Assembly (NCBI GenBank): GCA_030324005.1
Contig: JARDVH010000163.1
Coordinates: forward strand, 56,917,054-56,981,053
DNA from: Negaprion brevirostris
Lineage: Eukaryota
Length of the DNA stretch: 64,000 nt
Reading direction: 5' to 3'
A program made the position numbers and the translations under genes. Positions within the stretch are counted from its first letter, which is position 1, and every line of letters starts with the position of its first letter. A model generated the notes under the pieces. The model saw only the letters and a program-made list of their open reading frames with translations. It was not told where the DNA came from and did no database searches. Of the stretch, positions 1 to 12,649 are shown piece by piece.

Positions 1-1520
1 ATTAATCCTTCAACAAATTCAGCATTTTTAAGGGAACATTTTATAGAGGTCTTTAAAATGATGAAGGATTACGAAGTGATAAATGTTTCCATTGACAGGG
101 AGGTCACGCCTAACAAATTCAACTGATTTTTTTGAGGAGGTGACCAGGTGCGCAGATGAGGGTAGTGCAGTCAATGTAGTTTATATAAATTTTAACAAAG
201 CCTTTTGCAAGGTCCCATATAGGGCACTTCTAAAGAAGGCAAATTCTCATGGGATGCAGGGTAATTTGATAAAGTGAATTCCAAATTGGCTGAGTTATAG
301 GAGATAGAGGGTCATGACAGAACACTGCTTTAGTGACTGGAAGCCAGAGTCCAGTGGCATACTACAGGGCTCTGTGTGTTGGGTTCTGTATTATTTGTCA
401 TTTATATAAATGACATTGTTGACTGCGTATGGGTTAGGATTATTGTTTGTAGATGATGCAAAGATTGACTAGATGATTAACAATGAGACAGAATGTCTTG
501 CACTTCAAGATTTAGATAGAATGGCCAAATGGGCAGATAAGTGGCAGATGGAATTTAAGCCTGAAAAGTGTGAGGTGATACACTTTAGAAGAGCAATTTG
601 AAGGAAGTATTCAATGAATGGTAGGACATCAGGAAGTTCTGTGGAATAAAGGGACCTTGCCATGTTTATCCACAGATCTCTGAAGGCAGAAGTAGGGTGG
701 TGAAAAAGGCAGATGAGACATTTGTCTTTATCAATCAAGGCATAGATTACAAAAGCAGGGAGTTGTATAGAACNNNNNNNNNNNNNNNNNNNNNNNNNNN
801 NNNNNNNNNNNNNNNNNNNNNNNNNNNNNNNNNNNNNNNNNNNNNNNNNNNNNNNNNNNNNNNNNNNNNNNNNNNNNNNNNNNNNNNNNNNNNNNNNNNN
901 NNNNNNNNNNNNNNNNNNNNNNNNNNNNNNNNNNNNNNNNNNNNNNNNNNNNNNNNNNNNNNNNNNNNNNNNNNNNNNNNTGGTCGGCGCAACATCGTGG
1001 GCCAAAGGGCCTGTTCTGCGCTGTAATGTTCTATGTTCTATGTTCTATGTTCTATGAGGGGACATCGGTTCAAAGTGAAGGGCAAGAGATTTGGGGGGGA
1101 TGTGAGGAAAAATTTTACCCAGAGGGTGGTGACGGTCTGGAATGTGCTGCCTGGGAGGGCAATGGAGGTGGGTAGCCTCACATCTTTTATCTGGATAAGC
1201 ACTTGGCACAACATAACATTCTGGTGTACGTGCCAAGTGCTGGTGAATGGGATTAGGTGGGAGTTTGTGTTTCTAATGTTTTGGTGTAGGTTCGATGGGC
1301 AGAAGGACCTCTCTGTGCTCTATGATTCGATGACAGAATGGTTTATAACCAGAGAACACAGTGTTAAGATAATTAGTAATCAAGCCACGGGTAGAAAAAA
1401 GACAAATTCTTTTATGCAGTAAATTATGATGATTTGGGATGCACTGCTTGAATGGATGGTGGAACCAGATTCAATTGAAATTTAATTGGATAAATACGTG
1501 AAAAGATTTACAGAACATTG
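1..1520 (+). mobile_element. Cluster of decayed CR1 LINE ORF2/3' fragments
   Basis: RT-like pieces (LTNSTDFFEEVT, VVYINFNKAF; WADKWQMEF-like at about 530-556), 3' tail with (TATGTTC)n at about 1025-1055, then further CR1 3' pieces (RGHRFKVKGKRF). Gap at 774-980. Confidence 0.85.
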
Positions 1521-1741
1521 GGCAGAGAGCCAACGCAGGTACAATGGCAATTGCTTGGGAAGTTCAAACTTCCAGTGGGCAATTGTCTTGCACTAGATAG
1601 CATCCAAAAATGTGACCTAAATAGCAAAATTTGGATGATTCCGACTGTCTTGCAACAATAGTTACCCCAAAAAATTTACAGTTAAAATCATTTCCAACAT
1701 CTGGGTAATAATTAACTGGCCTCCCCTCACTCTCTCACAGA

Positions 1742-1981
1742 ACGTGTGCTTAACCCGTGCTTCACCCTCTCGCCACTCAGATTGTCTGTACCTTTAAGAC
1801 TTGATTACCTGTAAAGACTCGCATTCCAACCATTATTTTGTAAATTGAGTTTGTGTCTTTATAAACCCTGTTTGTGAACTCTGGCCTACCTGACGAAGGA
1901 GCAGCGCTCCGAAAGCTAGTGGCGTTTGCTACCAAATAAACCTGTTGACTTTAACCTGGTGTTGTGAGACCTCTTACTGTG
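1742..1981 (+). mobile_element. Penelope-like element family A, truncated 3' terminus with 11-bp TSD
   Basis: Same sequence as 22080-22325. TCTCTCACAGA is duplicated at 1731-1741 and 1982-1992. Confidence 0.85.
1884..1923 (+). ncRNA. Minimal type I hammerhead ribozyme motif in PLE terminus
   Basis: GCCTAC-CTGACGA(1890-1896)-A-GGAGC AGC GCTCC-GAAA(1911-1914)-GC-TA-GTGGC: intact CUGANGA and GAAA boxes, 5-bp stem II, short stem I, palindromic AGCT in place of stem III. Confidence 0.7.
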
Positions 1982-4869
1982 TCTCTCACAGAGCCCCAGA
2001 CTACCTTGACACTCCGTTGGACACCTCCCCTGGCATTCCACCCTTCCACTAGCACTCCACCCTCTCCAGGTCCAGGACCCAACACTACCCATACCCTACC
2101 CCATAATTCTTCACCGAAATGAACTACAATGGATTACAGAATGGAGAGAGTGCTTTTATAAGCAAAAGCTTTCAGAATTTTTTGCAGTGAGATCACGATC
2201 TATGGATACTGCCAAAATTTCCAGATTTTTATCACCTGTTGAAGGAATTCTCCGAACATTTGGCTAACCTCCAATATCCTCTGGCCCACATGGGACCCCC
2301 CTGATTGCAACTCCATCCCACTGACTGCACCCCTTCCTCAACATGTACCAACCACTGCCTGAGCACATCCTTGGACCATGCTCCCCCACCCCAAAAAAAA
2401 CTACTATAAAAGCAATGTGATTTACCCTTTGACTGAGTTGCCCTTGACTGCAGATCCTGAGTACCTGCTGCACAACACGGATTTCATCCAGCCTGAGTCA
2501 GAAAGTCAGACAAGAGAGGGGCAACTAGATTTCAAGCTACGTTTGTACAAATGGAGAAGCAATTTGACTTAGTTGCTACTCCAGCAGAAATTATGGCTCA
2601 AACTTCAATTTGTAAAGCATAATGATGCAGGTTTTAAGCCACAATATCATGAGATAACCAATCAATTATTCAACAGTCATGCACAGGAAGGAATACTTGA
2701 GCAGATGGTTTGTGTAAGAGAAATGGATAAGAGAGCAAACTCTGTGGCTAAAGGATGAGAAGAGATTTCGGCCTGATGAAGCAGGTATTTTGTTACAATT
2801 CCTTTGGGGGAATATAAACCAAAATAACCAAATTTAATGAATGATCCCCAAACGAAGGAATTCCCAACATGATTCCACTTTATGGAACTCTTGTTTTAAT
2901 ATGAAGCAGAATCAATGCAAATTTAATATGAATTAACAAGTAAATGATGATTCAAATAAAAAGGTAAGTTTCAGTTTAAATAGTCAATGCAACAAAGGTA
3001 CATTTTACATAACGACAAGTATTCTCTGCCAGTATGTAAGGCATTATATAACTATACAGTTCTACATTAGGTTGTTTTTTATTCATGTAATTAGTTCAGG
3101 AGTCTGATTCAGTAATCGTTTTCACCTCAAGTTTCCAGATATGACCAACATCAGCAAGGCACACTTCTATGTACCCTCTCTCCCTCACGTCAGACCAGTC
3201 CGATGGGTAACTTTCCAGAATTCCTTTTCAATCAATAACATCCCAATTCACATTTTGGTCATTTGTAGGCCAAACACCCAGCTCTCGCATCTCAGAATTA
3301 TTCACAGAACATTTCAAATTTTAGGTCTCTTTACCCGGCTTGCATAGTACATCCAGGAGCTGTTGTCTCTTTTTATGTCAAACAGATAAGCTAACCTCTA
3401 CCTGAGAGATTTATTTCTTCTCTGCACAGGAATTCGCTGTGTTCCCCTTTCTGTCTCTGTCTCTATCTGCTTCTCTGCTTGCACCCTGCAGCTCTTCAAC
3501 TTGTCACACTCCTTTGTGTCTGCCAGCCACATGGCTTCTGGTGAGTACTGCTTCCAAATCAAGGATTGCCAGATCATTATTCATTATATTATTATTTATT
3601 ATATTATTAAAAAATACAATTGATGCAAGTCTTAAAAATCCTTTTCAAACATTCGTAAAAACTACTACAGATTTTTATTGAAGAAAATAACACTTTCCTT
3701 ACTGTTCTGCTTCTCAATCAAATGTCTTCACAATGGTCTGTCTTTGCAATGAAACACATTGCATGATTGGGTAGACACAGGCAAGACATGGAATTTGAAG
3801 GTTTCCCATGGACGAATAACCATCAGATTTATGATTAGCAGATACACAAGGTTGAGCAACAATATACAGCAGGAAGAGCTACACAATAACATAACTGGTA
3901 CTTAATGATACAAACTGCAGGCAAGTCAAAGTATTCATTCAACAAACTGAAACAGCTTGGTCCAACTGATACAACACTATGTAAAGTCTTGGAGATTAAG
4001 GAAAGTTGATTTTGGAACAGGATACTGATCATCAGGAACTATGAGAACATAATAGAGAAAGGAAGAAGTTTTGTACCTAAATAGGGAGTGTCAAGGGACC
4101 TCCAGAGAAAACAAGAATGAGAAACATTGGTTGACTGGGTCACCGAAAATTACCTATTCTATCCCCTAAGCTAAAATTGCTCCACAACTTTCATCGTTAA
4201 TATTGCAAGTTTGGCTTCTCTTAAAGACTAGATTCATATATACACACTTGTCTAATCCTAGAATCCTGAACCAAATTTATATTTAGAGGCACAGTACTTA
4301 ATTTGCTCACATCAGGCAATGTTCAAATTACAATTTTCAAACCCACTTCAACTTTCTAACTATTCAATCTTTAATGGGTTTATAGCTATTAGTACAAGTA
4401 GATTGTGTTAGAATCCCCAAAATGTTTTTACCCAGTGCCACTTCATTGCCTTGCTCAGCACCCATAATTACTTCAAAATCACAACATTTAGCAGTAACTG
4501 TGCTGAACATTAATGTTCATTGAAAAAATATATATATTTATGGCATCTAATCAACCCTGCTGTTCTGCCCTAACTCCCATTTGAACAGCAGTGCACAGGA
4601 CAAAGAGACAGATTCTTAGTATGAGCAGAGACAAGAGGAACAACTTGATAAGCTAGTGCTCATTAGCCTTGCAAATTAACAGCTCAGTGGGAGCATTAGG
4701 TAGAGATTTAGCAAGATAAGGAAAGTAAACTGGAAACAAAATTTCAGATACACCAGAGAAGCAAAGCAAGATATTTATCATTGTGAGGAATATATCTCAG
4801 AACTTAGACTATCAATTACATGAACAGTTTGCTGGATATTTGAGGGCAGGACACTGGTTTGATTAATGA

Positions 4870-5119
4870 TGTGGAGATGCCAGCATTGGACTGGGGTAAG
4901 CACAGTAAGAAGTCTCCCAACACCAGGTTAAAGTCCAACAGGTTTATTTGGTAGTACAAGCCACAAGCTTTCAGAGCGCTGTCCCTTCATAATTCAAAGC
5001 GAATTATTTTGTAACTTGAGTTTGTATCTTTATATGCCTTGTTTGTGAATATGACTCCCACACACCTGATGAAGGGGCAGCATTCTGAAAGCTTGTGGCT
5101 TGTGCTACTGAAGAAATCT
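4870..5119. mobile_element. Penelope-like family A: two short termini in inverted orientation, 13-bp TSD
   Basis: About 4870-4990 is the minus-strand terminus and about 4995-5119 the plus-strand terminus (CTGATGA 5066-5072, GAAA 5087-5090). GTTTGATTAATGA flanks at 4857-4869 and 5120-5132. Confidence 0.8.
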
Positions 5120-7641
5120 GTTTGATTAATGACACAGCTTGACTTTATAATGGAAAGACAGTCAGGTTACTTTTCTGGAGGACAAGATCAATGGAATAGT
5201 CTTCTTCATCCAAAGCTATCTTAGAAGACATTTCAACATGACAAGATTTTGCCAAAATGCAGGCACTTTAGGATTTCCTGCACTCAACTGTGTATCAATA
5301 TTAAAGTGAACTCAACTTATATATATACACTACTCCGCAGAAAGCTGCTAGGCTGATCTGAGCCACAGGGACAGGAATTGCAATTAGAGTTAATTTTGTA
5401 TCCTCTTTTTAAATTAAAAAGTCTATTGCTTTCGGTGATGATGTGATCAAAGCAGGACAACTTGTCATGGCTCTTGTTAGGGAGCACTGATGTTCAAAGA
5501 AAAAATCTGAATACCCAGCACTTAACCAATTGAACTACACCTCAAAATTTCACATTTTCTAAATGAAAGAAAACTTTATTGCTCATATAAAGAGAAATAA
5601 AACAAAGCACATACCTATAACTTAACACTGTAGAGTACTTCCCTTCCATTAACAAATCCCTTCCCCTGCCCCAAGAGTTCCCTTATCTCATGAAATCTTA
5701 TAAGTGTACTCACTTGTCTTGGGACCAGTGCAAAAGGTGTGACACAGCTCTCCATAATTCACTATAATTCGCCTTCATTTTTCAGCTATTCCTCTAAGAT
5801 AATAATCATGCTTTCATTAGTTTTTTCGTTATGTAACCCACCGCCATCTTTTTTCTTTACAGACCTCATGATAGTGGATGCCTTAGCTCTTTATTCAGGT
5901 TGCCAACAGATATCCAACTGCCTTCCCATAGCTTTAGAAGTTAACTCTGCTGATTGCTTTCTGCCACAAGGACCTGTAAGGACCACTTCAATTTCTCTCA
6001 CTAGCTGCAAATTGAAACAAATGTTTTGGCTGCCTTTCCCTCATGGATCTAAAGTGAACTGTCTGCTTCTGTAGACAGTGAACAAAATAACCTTTTAAAC
6101 CCACCTGACATCTGTATGACAATGTGATGGGATGATCTTAAAGAGAAATGTAAACAAATTAGTTTACCTTCAACACAAATCTTTGATTCTGTAACCCATG
6201 TGAATCATTTATACAATGAATGGATGTAATTGATCTCCATCTAGAATTGCTTGCTCTATTAAGGAACTGTTTTGTTTACAATTTAGTTTTACTTTATTTT
6301 GATCAGGGAATATATATGTCTTTTATTGAAGTATTAATCTTCTGACTCCCTCCCTAGTCAAGTGACGTATCAACAATTGTTTAAGTTTTGCATTTCCACG
6401 CCAACCTTGTTAGACAAACACTATTGTAAAAACCAAGCTCGTCTGAGTTGCAGTTACATCAGAGTTGCTCATCAGTTTTTTCAATCAGATGCCCTCATTT
6501 GTAATTAAAACATTAGTTCAAAAAAGTAAAAGTTATATTCTAAAACATATTAAACCATGAATTAGATTTCACACAACCCGATCTCAGCACGATCAACAAC
6601 GCCTGTTGAAACTGCACGTATTGCCACTGGATGGTAAGTGTTTGGTAATCTCTCCCAGAGATGGATAGACTGCTAACATTCAATGCCAACACTCACTCGT
6701 GTATAATGGCAACATACTTATCTTCTGAGGAGCAATAGTTCTCAAGATAGCAAATTCTATATATTTTTAAAAATTGAATCATCCCAGAATCTCAGCAGAA
6801 ACCAGAACCATTTTTTCAGCCATTAAAAAGTAGAGAGGTATTTGTTTATCTCATTGTTAATTCTACAAACCTACAACCTGTGATGATATAATTTCACAAC
6901 TCTGGAAATATAACTTTTACTTATACAAGGTCCAAATTTTATTATGTTTAAACAATGCACCTCACACAGAGATCATTTGTCTTAAAATTCCATTCCACAC
7001 TATTTATACAAAACCTTGTTATGCCAAATACATTATTCATTCCTTCTTACTAACATGAAGATCCATTTAAACTTGTCAGTTAAACAACTGCATCAGTGAA
7101 AGAAAGAAAAAATATCTGAGGGATTGTAAAGCTGTTAAAATTCCTGCTCTCATCTTCCTGAATAGTTGTGGAGGGCTGACATCTAGGGACAGCTTCTATG
7201 GTTGCACAGACTTAATGTAATAAATTACATGTAATTTAAAATAACCTTGCCTTTGGTACAGAGTGACACCAAATGTATTTTGCTTTATAGATTCATTGAG
7301 GATTGCATGAATATATAGGTGATTAGATATGCACTAAAATTATCCATATTTTAGATGGCATAAAAATGTATGTAAACCATTTTTTCAATTGGGCCTTAAA
7401 TTACAAGATGTTGTTCCTTTGGTCTGCTTCCATGATTTGATCAGTTGACCTTTTACAAATGACTTCTTTAAGTTAACTTTTGTAGGCACCACATCAGAAA
7501 ATAAGTCAAGATGATGGTGAATCCATAAATATTATTCTAGACAGAGTTGAATACAAACAACCATGTCCACTTGACCTTTCAGTTTCTTCCCTTTATGAAG
7601 TGAGCACATAGAGTAAGGTCAGCCAATTAACTATTTTTCAT

Positions 7642-7755
7642 CCAAAAGAGAAAATGCTGGAAAACCTCAGCAGGTCTTGACTAGACCTGTTGAAATTTTC
7701 CAGCATTTTCTCTTTTGGTTTCAGATTCCAGCATCTGCAGTAATTTGCCTTTATC
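7642..7755. repeat. Fold-back of Penelope-like family B terminus (36-bp arms)
   Basis: 7642-7677 and 7683-7718 are reverse complements at 33/36 positions. The sequence matches the PLE-B terminus at about 15905-15950 and 59520-59597. Confidence 0.8.
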
Positions 7756-7924
7756 CAATTATTTTTCAACACTTGTTTCACAACACTTTCAAATGCCATC
7801 CCTACTTCCCCCCCAAATTATGAATACCATCTTTACATTTAATTTGCAGTAATTATTTGTTTATAGAGTTCACTTGAACTAGGAACCAATGACACAGATA
7901 GAATTAGGACTGGTGTTTTGTTGA

Positions 7925-10900
7925 CAGGATATGCGGGGTTCGGGTCCAAACTGAAAGGCAGAACCTCAAAAGTAATCACCTCTGAATCATTATCTGACAC
8001 ACATGACAATTGGCAGAAGGATAAATAAATTAGAAGATTAAATACATGGCTTGAGAAGTGGTATGGAGGACTGGGATTTTGATTTATGGGGCATTGGCAT
8101 CGTTACTGGGGAAAGGGGGATCTGATGAGTTAAGGTAGGGTCCCTCTAAAGCAACTGTGATCAGTGTCCTGGCGAATTGAATAACTAGAGAATTAGACAA
8201 GGATTTAAAGAATAAAGGGTGCGGTGAGCATAGGAAAGAATTCAAGAAAGTGCAACTTCAAAAGCAACAAGGAAAATGTCAAGATTCTAAAGCACAACAA
8301 TGCTGAGTAAAAACAAGAAAGGGACAGAGAAAGTGATTCAGGTGACATTGGGGGAAATTCTTGAAAAAGTTGAGGCTAGCAGGCAATATATTTGTATGTG
8401 TAAAGCACTCACAACATGTTAGATGAGTTAGTAGCACAGACAGAAATTAAGAGGTTTGATCCAAAGGTCATCATGGAAATGTGGTTGTAAATTGGAACTA
8501 AATATTTCAGAATACTTAACTTTTAGAAGAGATTGCCAAAAGAGAAAGGGATGTGTAGCCCTGGTATGGGAAGGATGGGACAAAGACATTGGAGAGAAAG
8601 GATCTCGGCGTAGAAAATCAAGAACTGCAATCAGCTTGGTGAAGCTAAGAAACAGCCGGTGACAATAAACACTGGGAGTTTAGAGACCCCCTTTGCAGTC
8701 ATTGCAATAAGGGCAGAATACAGAGCAGGAAATTGGAGGCACTGTAATCTCTGGATGGGATTTCTGGCCCTGCCCACCAGTGGGATCTTCCATTCCCACC
8801 AAGCTCCCACCCCTCTGTGGTGCAGCCGGTGAGCAATACAAATAGCCATGAACTTCGGTGGGACCAGAAGATTCTGCCAGTGACCAATGGCAAGCCATCT
8901 CCGCCATCGTAAAACATGTTGCTGAGGGTAGGGTTCAGAAAATCTTAGCTTTTATGTGCACTTTAATTTTCAGATAGACCAGTCAAATCAAATTTGCATT
9001 AAATAGTGCGGAGGGTGAGTTCATGGAATGTATAAAAGACAGTTTTTACATCAGCATGTTGAGGAACCAACTAGAAGACAGATAACTTTGGGTTTAGTAT
9101 TGTGCATGAGTTAATTAATAAACTTGTAGTAGAGGTCATGAGGGAGAAGTGACCATAGTATGACAGGATTTTATATTGAGTTTGAAAATGATTTACTTCA
9201 GTGTAAAATCTAAGTCAAACAAGTGACATAAATGTAAGGTGATTAATGTAGATTCAGAAACTAAATTATAAGTTAAAACAGCAATGGAAAGTATTTGCAT
9301 AATTACCACATACTTTGAAACAAATATACATTCCTTAAAAGCACAAACACCTCCCTGGACAAGTGGTCAATCCATAACTAACAAGAGTTAAAGACAGCAT
9401 TAGATCAAAGAAAGAGGCTTATAATGTTGCCAAAAAAAAGTCACAAGCCTGGAGATTTGGAGAATTATAGAATTCAAAGTGAAACCAAGAAATTAACAAG
9501 TAAAGGGGAAGGGCAATTTAAAAGACCAATAAATGATATAAATCAGATTGTAAACAAGCACATTAAGGGAAAAATAAGAGAAAGTAAGCATGGGCCCAAT
9601 TGTGGCAAAGACAGATGAAATTATACCAGGAAATAAGAAGATGGCAGTGACACTAAACAAACAGCTTTTATCCATTTTCACCATAGAACACAAATTCTGG
9701 AAATAATGGAGAATCGAGGGCAGAATTTTCACCCCATTTCACATAGCTATGCAAGTAACAGGACGCACAAGAGTTTTCTAGTTGGCTTGCTGGTTCCATG
9801 GCTGAAGACTGCCTCCTGGTCCAGGACTCCAGGCGGGCTTTAATGCCCAACCTGCCTACCCCACCATAGCTGCAGCCAGGAGATTACCCTATCGAGGAAA
9901 TGCAGCCTTTTCCTCTAAATTGAACAATTTTTTTAAAAAGTTGCTGCGAGGATACTTCAAAATTAAGATGCCCTCTCTCCCTTACCAGCAATATCAGTTT
10001 GCTGTTTCTTTAGTGTTTCCCAGGTTCATACTGGCTTCAACAGCTTGCCTGCTGCACTTTAATGGATGCTGAGTGTGGCCTCTGGCTAGTAATTGGCAAC
10101 ATCAGAGAGAAAAAAAGAGAAAAAAATGCCTCAAGTTGACTGTCTCCCATCAGGTGCTAAATTCAGATTCCTATTTGACCCCAATGTTGGGATTCCACCT
10201 GAATACCAAAACTCCCGCCTCAGATGTCTAGCAAGAATCAGGTATGTAAAATAAATCAGTACTAGTATTGGAGAGATTAAAATGAATTAAGTGGTAACAA
10301 ATCCTGGGAATGTGACAACATACAGGTTTAAAAGACATGGGTGCAAATAGTGGATGCATTCAGTTTTGATCTTCCAGAATTCCATAGACCTAGAACAGTT
10401 CCTAAGAATTAAAAAGCAACAATTTAAGATAGGATTAAAGAAAGTGGGGAGCCGTGGACCTATTAGCCTAACAACATTCAGAGACAAAACACCAGAATCT
10501 ACTATTAGGGTGAGGTAATGGAACACTTAAAAAAATCATATTATGATTAAGCAGATTTATGAAATCAAAATCAAGTTGAACAAACCTGTTTAAGTATTTT
10601 GAGGCTGTGGCTGGTAGAATGGATAAGGTTGAACTCAATGCATTTGGAGTAATGCATTTGGCATTTCAGAGAGGGTTCAATAAGAAATTACTACAAAAAA
10701 ATCAGGGCATATTGGATAAGGGTTAATGTATTAGCATGGATGTAGATTCATTAATTGACAAGTGTAGAAATAAAAATGGTAATTTTGGGATTGGCAGTCA
10801 GCAATTAATGGATCAAAGCTTAGGCATCAACTATTTGCAATCTATATTAATGATTTAAATGAGGGGGACTGAATGTAACGTTTCCAAATTTGCAGTATTA

Positions 10901-11180
10901 GGTAGGGTAAGTAAGCAGTGAGGAAGATACAAGGAGACTGGTGGGACATATGGACAACCCGGGCAGATGAGGAAGAACATGGACAGATGGAATTCAATGT
11001 GGCAAACTGTGAAGATATCCATTTTGATAGGAAAAGTAGAAAACAATACTGAAAAATCTTTCCATTTAGAGGAGTCTAGATGTCTAATTTATAAATTACA
11101 AAATGTTGACATGCAAGTACAAGCATTAGGAAGGCAAATGGTATGCTAGTTTTTATGACAAAAAGGTTGGAGTATAAGAT
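7925..11180 (+). mobile_element. Long, heavily decayed CR1 LINE (ORF1 SGNH-esterase remnant, APE endonuclease, RT) interrupted by palindromic insertions
   Basis: SKLKGRTSKVITS..RRLNTWLEKW..FMGHWHRYWG at about 7940-8115. Endonuclease-like ELNISEYLTFRRD at about 8500. RT remnants at 10290-11180. Insertions at about 8750-8950 and 9715-10220. Confidence 0.8.
8750..8950. repeat. Palindromic MITE-like element; relatives at about 14070-14280, 22930-23530, 47605-47790, 49620-50580, 51925-52000, 52445-52580, 54500-54660 and 61011-61385
   Basis: Imperfect internal inverted repeats (GGGATCTTCCATTCCCACC / GGTGGGACCAGAAGATTCT) and GG..ATTTTC / GAAAAT..CC-type ends. No coding capacity. Confidence 0.55.
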
Positions 11181-12649
11181 GTTATGACTCCCATCAACCA
11201 TAAACTAAACTAACCAACTGACACCCCAAATGAAGAAATTATTGACAAGATTTCAATTTTGTAACTTAAACTTTAAAATGAATCAGAATCAACGTATATT
11301 AACATATAAAGTATGGTCAGTATGAATGATAAATTGCACATGAGATAAAACAGAGATTCTCTTCTAGATTTTCTAGACCAGAATTTCTGATCAGTTTAGG
11401 ACAAATGCTGATCAGACAGAATACTGCCCACTTAGCTGGAAATGAGTTTTTCTGGCCAAATGTCAAATCCACGAGGCAGAACAACCCCCACAATGCAAAA
11501 TCCAGGAAGAGACAGCAAAGAGTATCAACACAGAAACCATGCTCCCTTCCTATGGCACTGGCTGCTCTATTCTGTTAAATATTTAAAAGTTCCAAAGCTT
11601 TACATTGTTCCAGTGAATGTACGTGAGTAGGGTGGTAGATACATGGGTGAGGTGACAGGATTGTGAGTTGGCAGGGGCAGAAGAGTGGCAATTGAGTGAG
11701 GTGAGTAGATGGGTCAAGGGTAGGCAATCGGATCAGTGAAACGGCTGGGTGGTGGAGACTCAACTGGTTGGGTCAGGACCAATAGTTGGGTTGGGTCAGG
11801 GTGAGTCAGTGTGCGTGAATGCAGGTATGGAGGATCAGTTGTACGTTACCCAGGAGTTAGAAGAGGTTTCCATCTAGCATTTCCCTGGGCAACTATCTTG
11901 GTTAAATACATTGGAACTGTCCAAAGTTTTTGACTATAACTCTAGGTCAGAAACTTTATCAAGAGTTTCTGGAGGACAGGGGAAGTGTCCTTCAGAAATT
12001 CAAAATTCTCTCGGAGTCGATGTTAGGTCTTCCACAGGGGCCCGGAATGTATCTTAGGTTTTCTGTCAGTCTCTAATGATCTGCGGATCTGAAGACCTGA
12101 ACCAAGATGCTAGTACAGGAAAGTGGAGATGTGGTAGAGGAGCAAACGTGGTCTTATTGAACTGCAGAGCAGGCTCAAATGGCTGACTCACATTTTTATT
12201 ACATAAAAGCAAAAGATTTTACAGTTTAAGAGAACAGAATTGCATTTGCTCCTCAAATTTGGTCTCATTCATAACCAGCAGTGCTAAGGAAGATTCACTC
12301 TCTGTCAAATGTACCAGGGCAGAATTCATAGAAAAAGAAAATTTCCCATTGAAGGCTGGATACCGATATCACGTTGGACAGATGGGAGTCAATGTTTAAG
12401 TGATAAGATCATTTCAGAGACATCCACCTTGACAACAGCCTTTAAATAGGAAAAGTCAAGTCAAATATCTTCCATACTTGGTACAAAACCAGTTAAAAAT
12501 AAGACTGCTTATTTAAGAGGGGCTGTTACATTCAACTACATGGATCAGCTAAATGTAACTATTAAAACTTTTTTTTATTATATTGTTCCTTCTGTTTGTT
12601 TGTTTATTTAGTGTTTAATCATTTTTGCAGCAGCTGAAGCCCAACCTGA

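Noticed and set aside
3335-5800. Minus-strand exon candidates (donors near 5713 and 3335)
   Set aside because: Acceptors are weak or ambiguous and the peptides are unrecognised; indistinguishable from chance.
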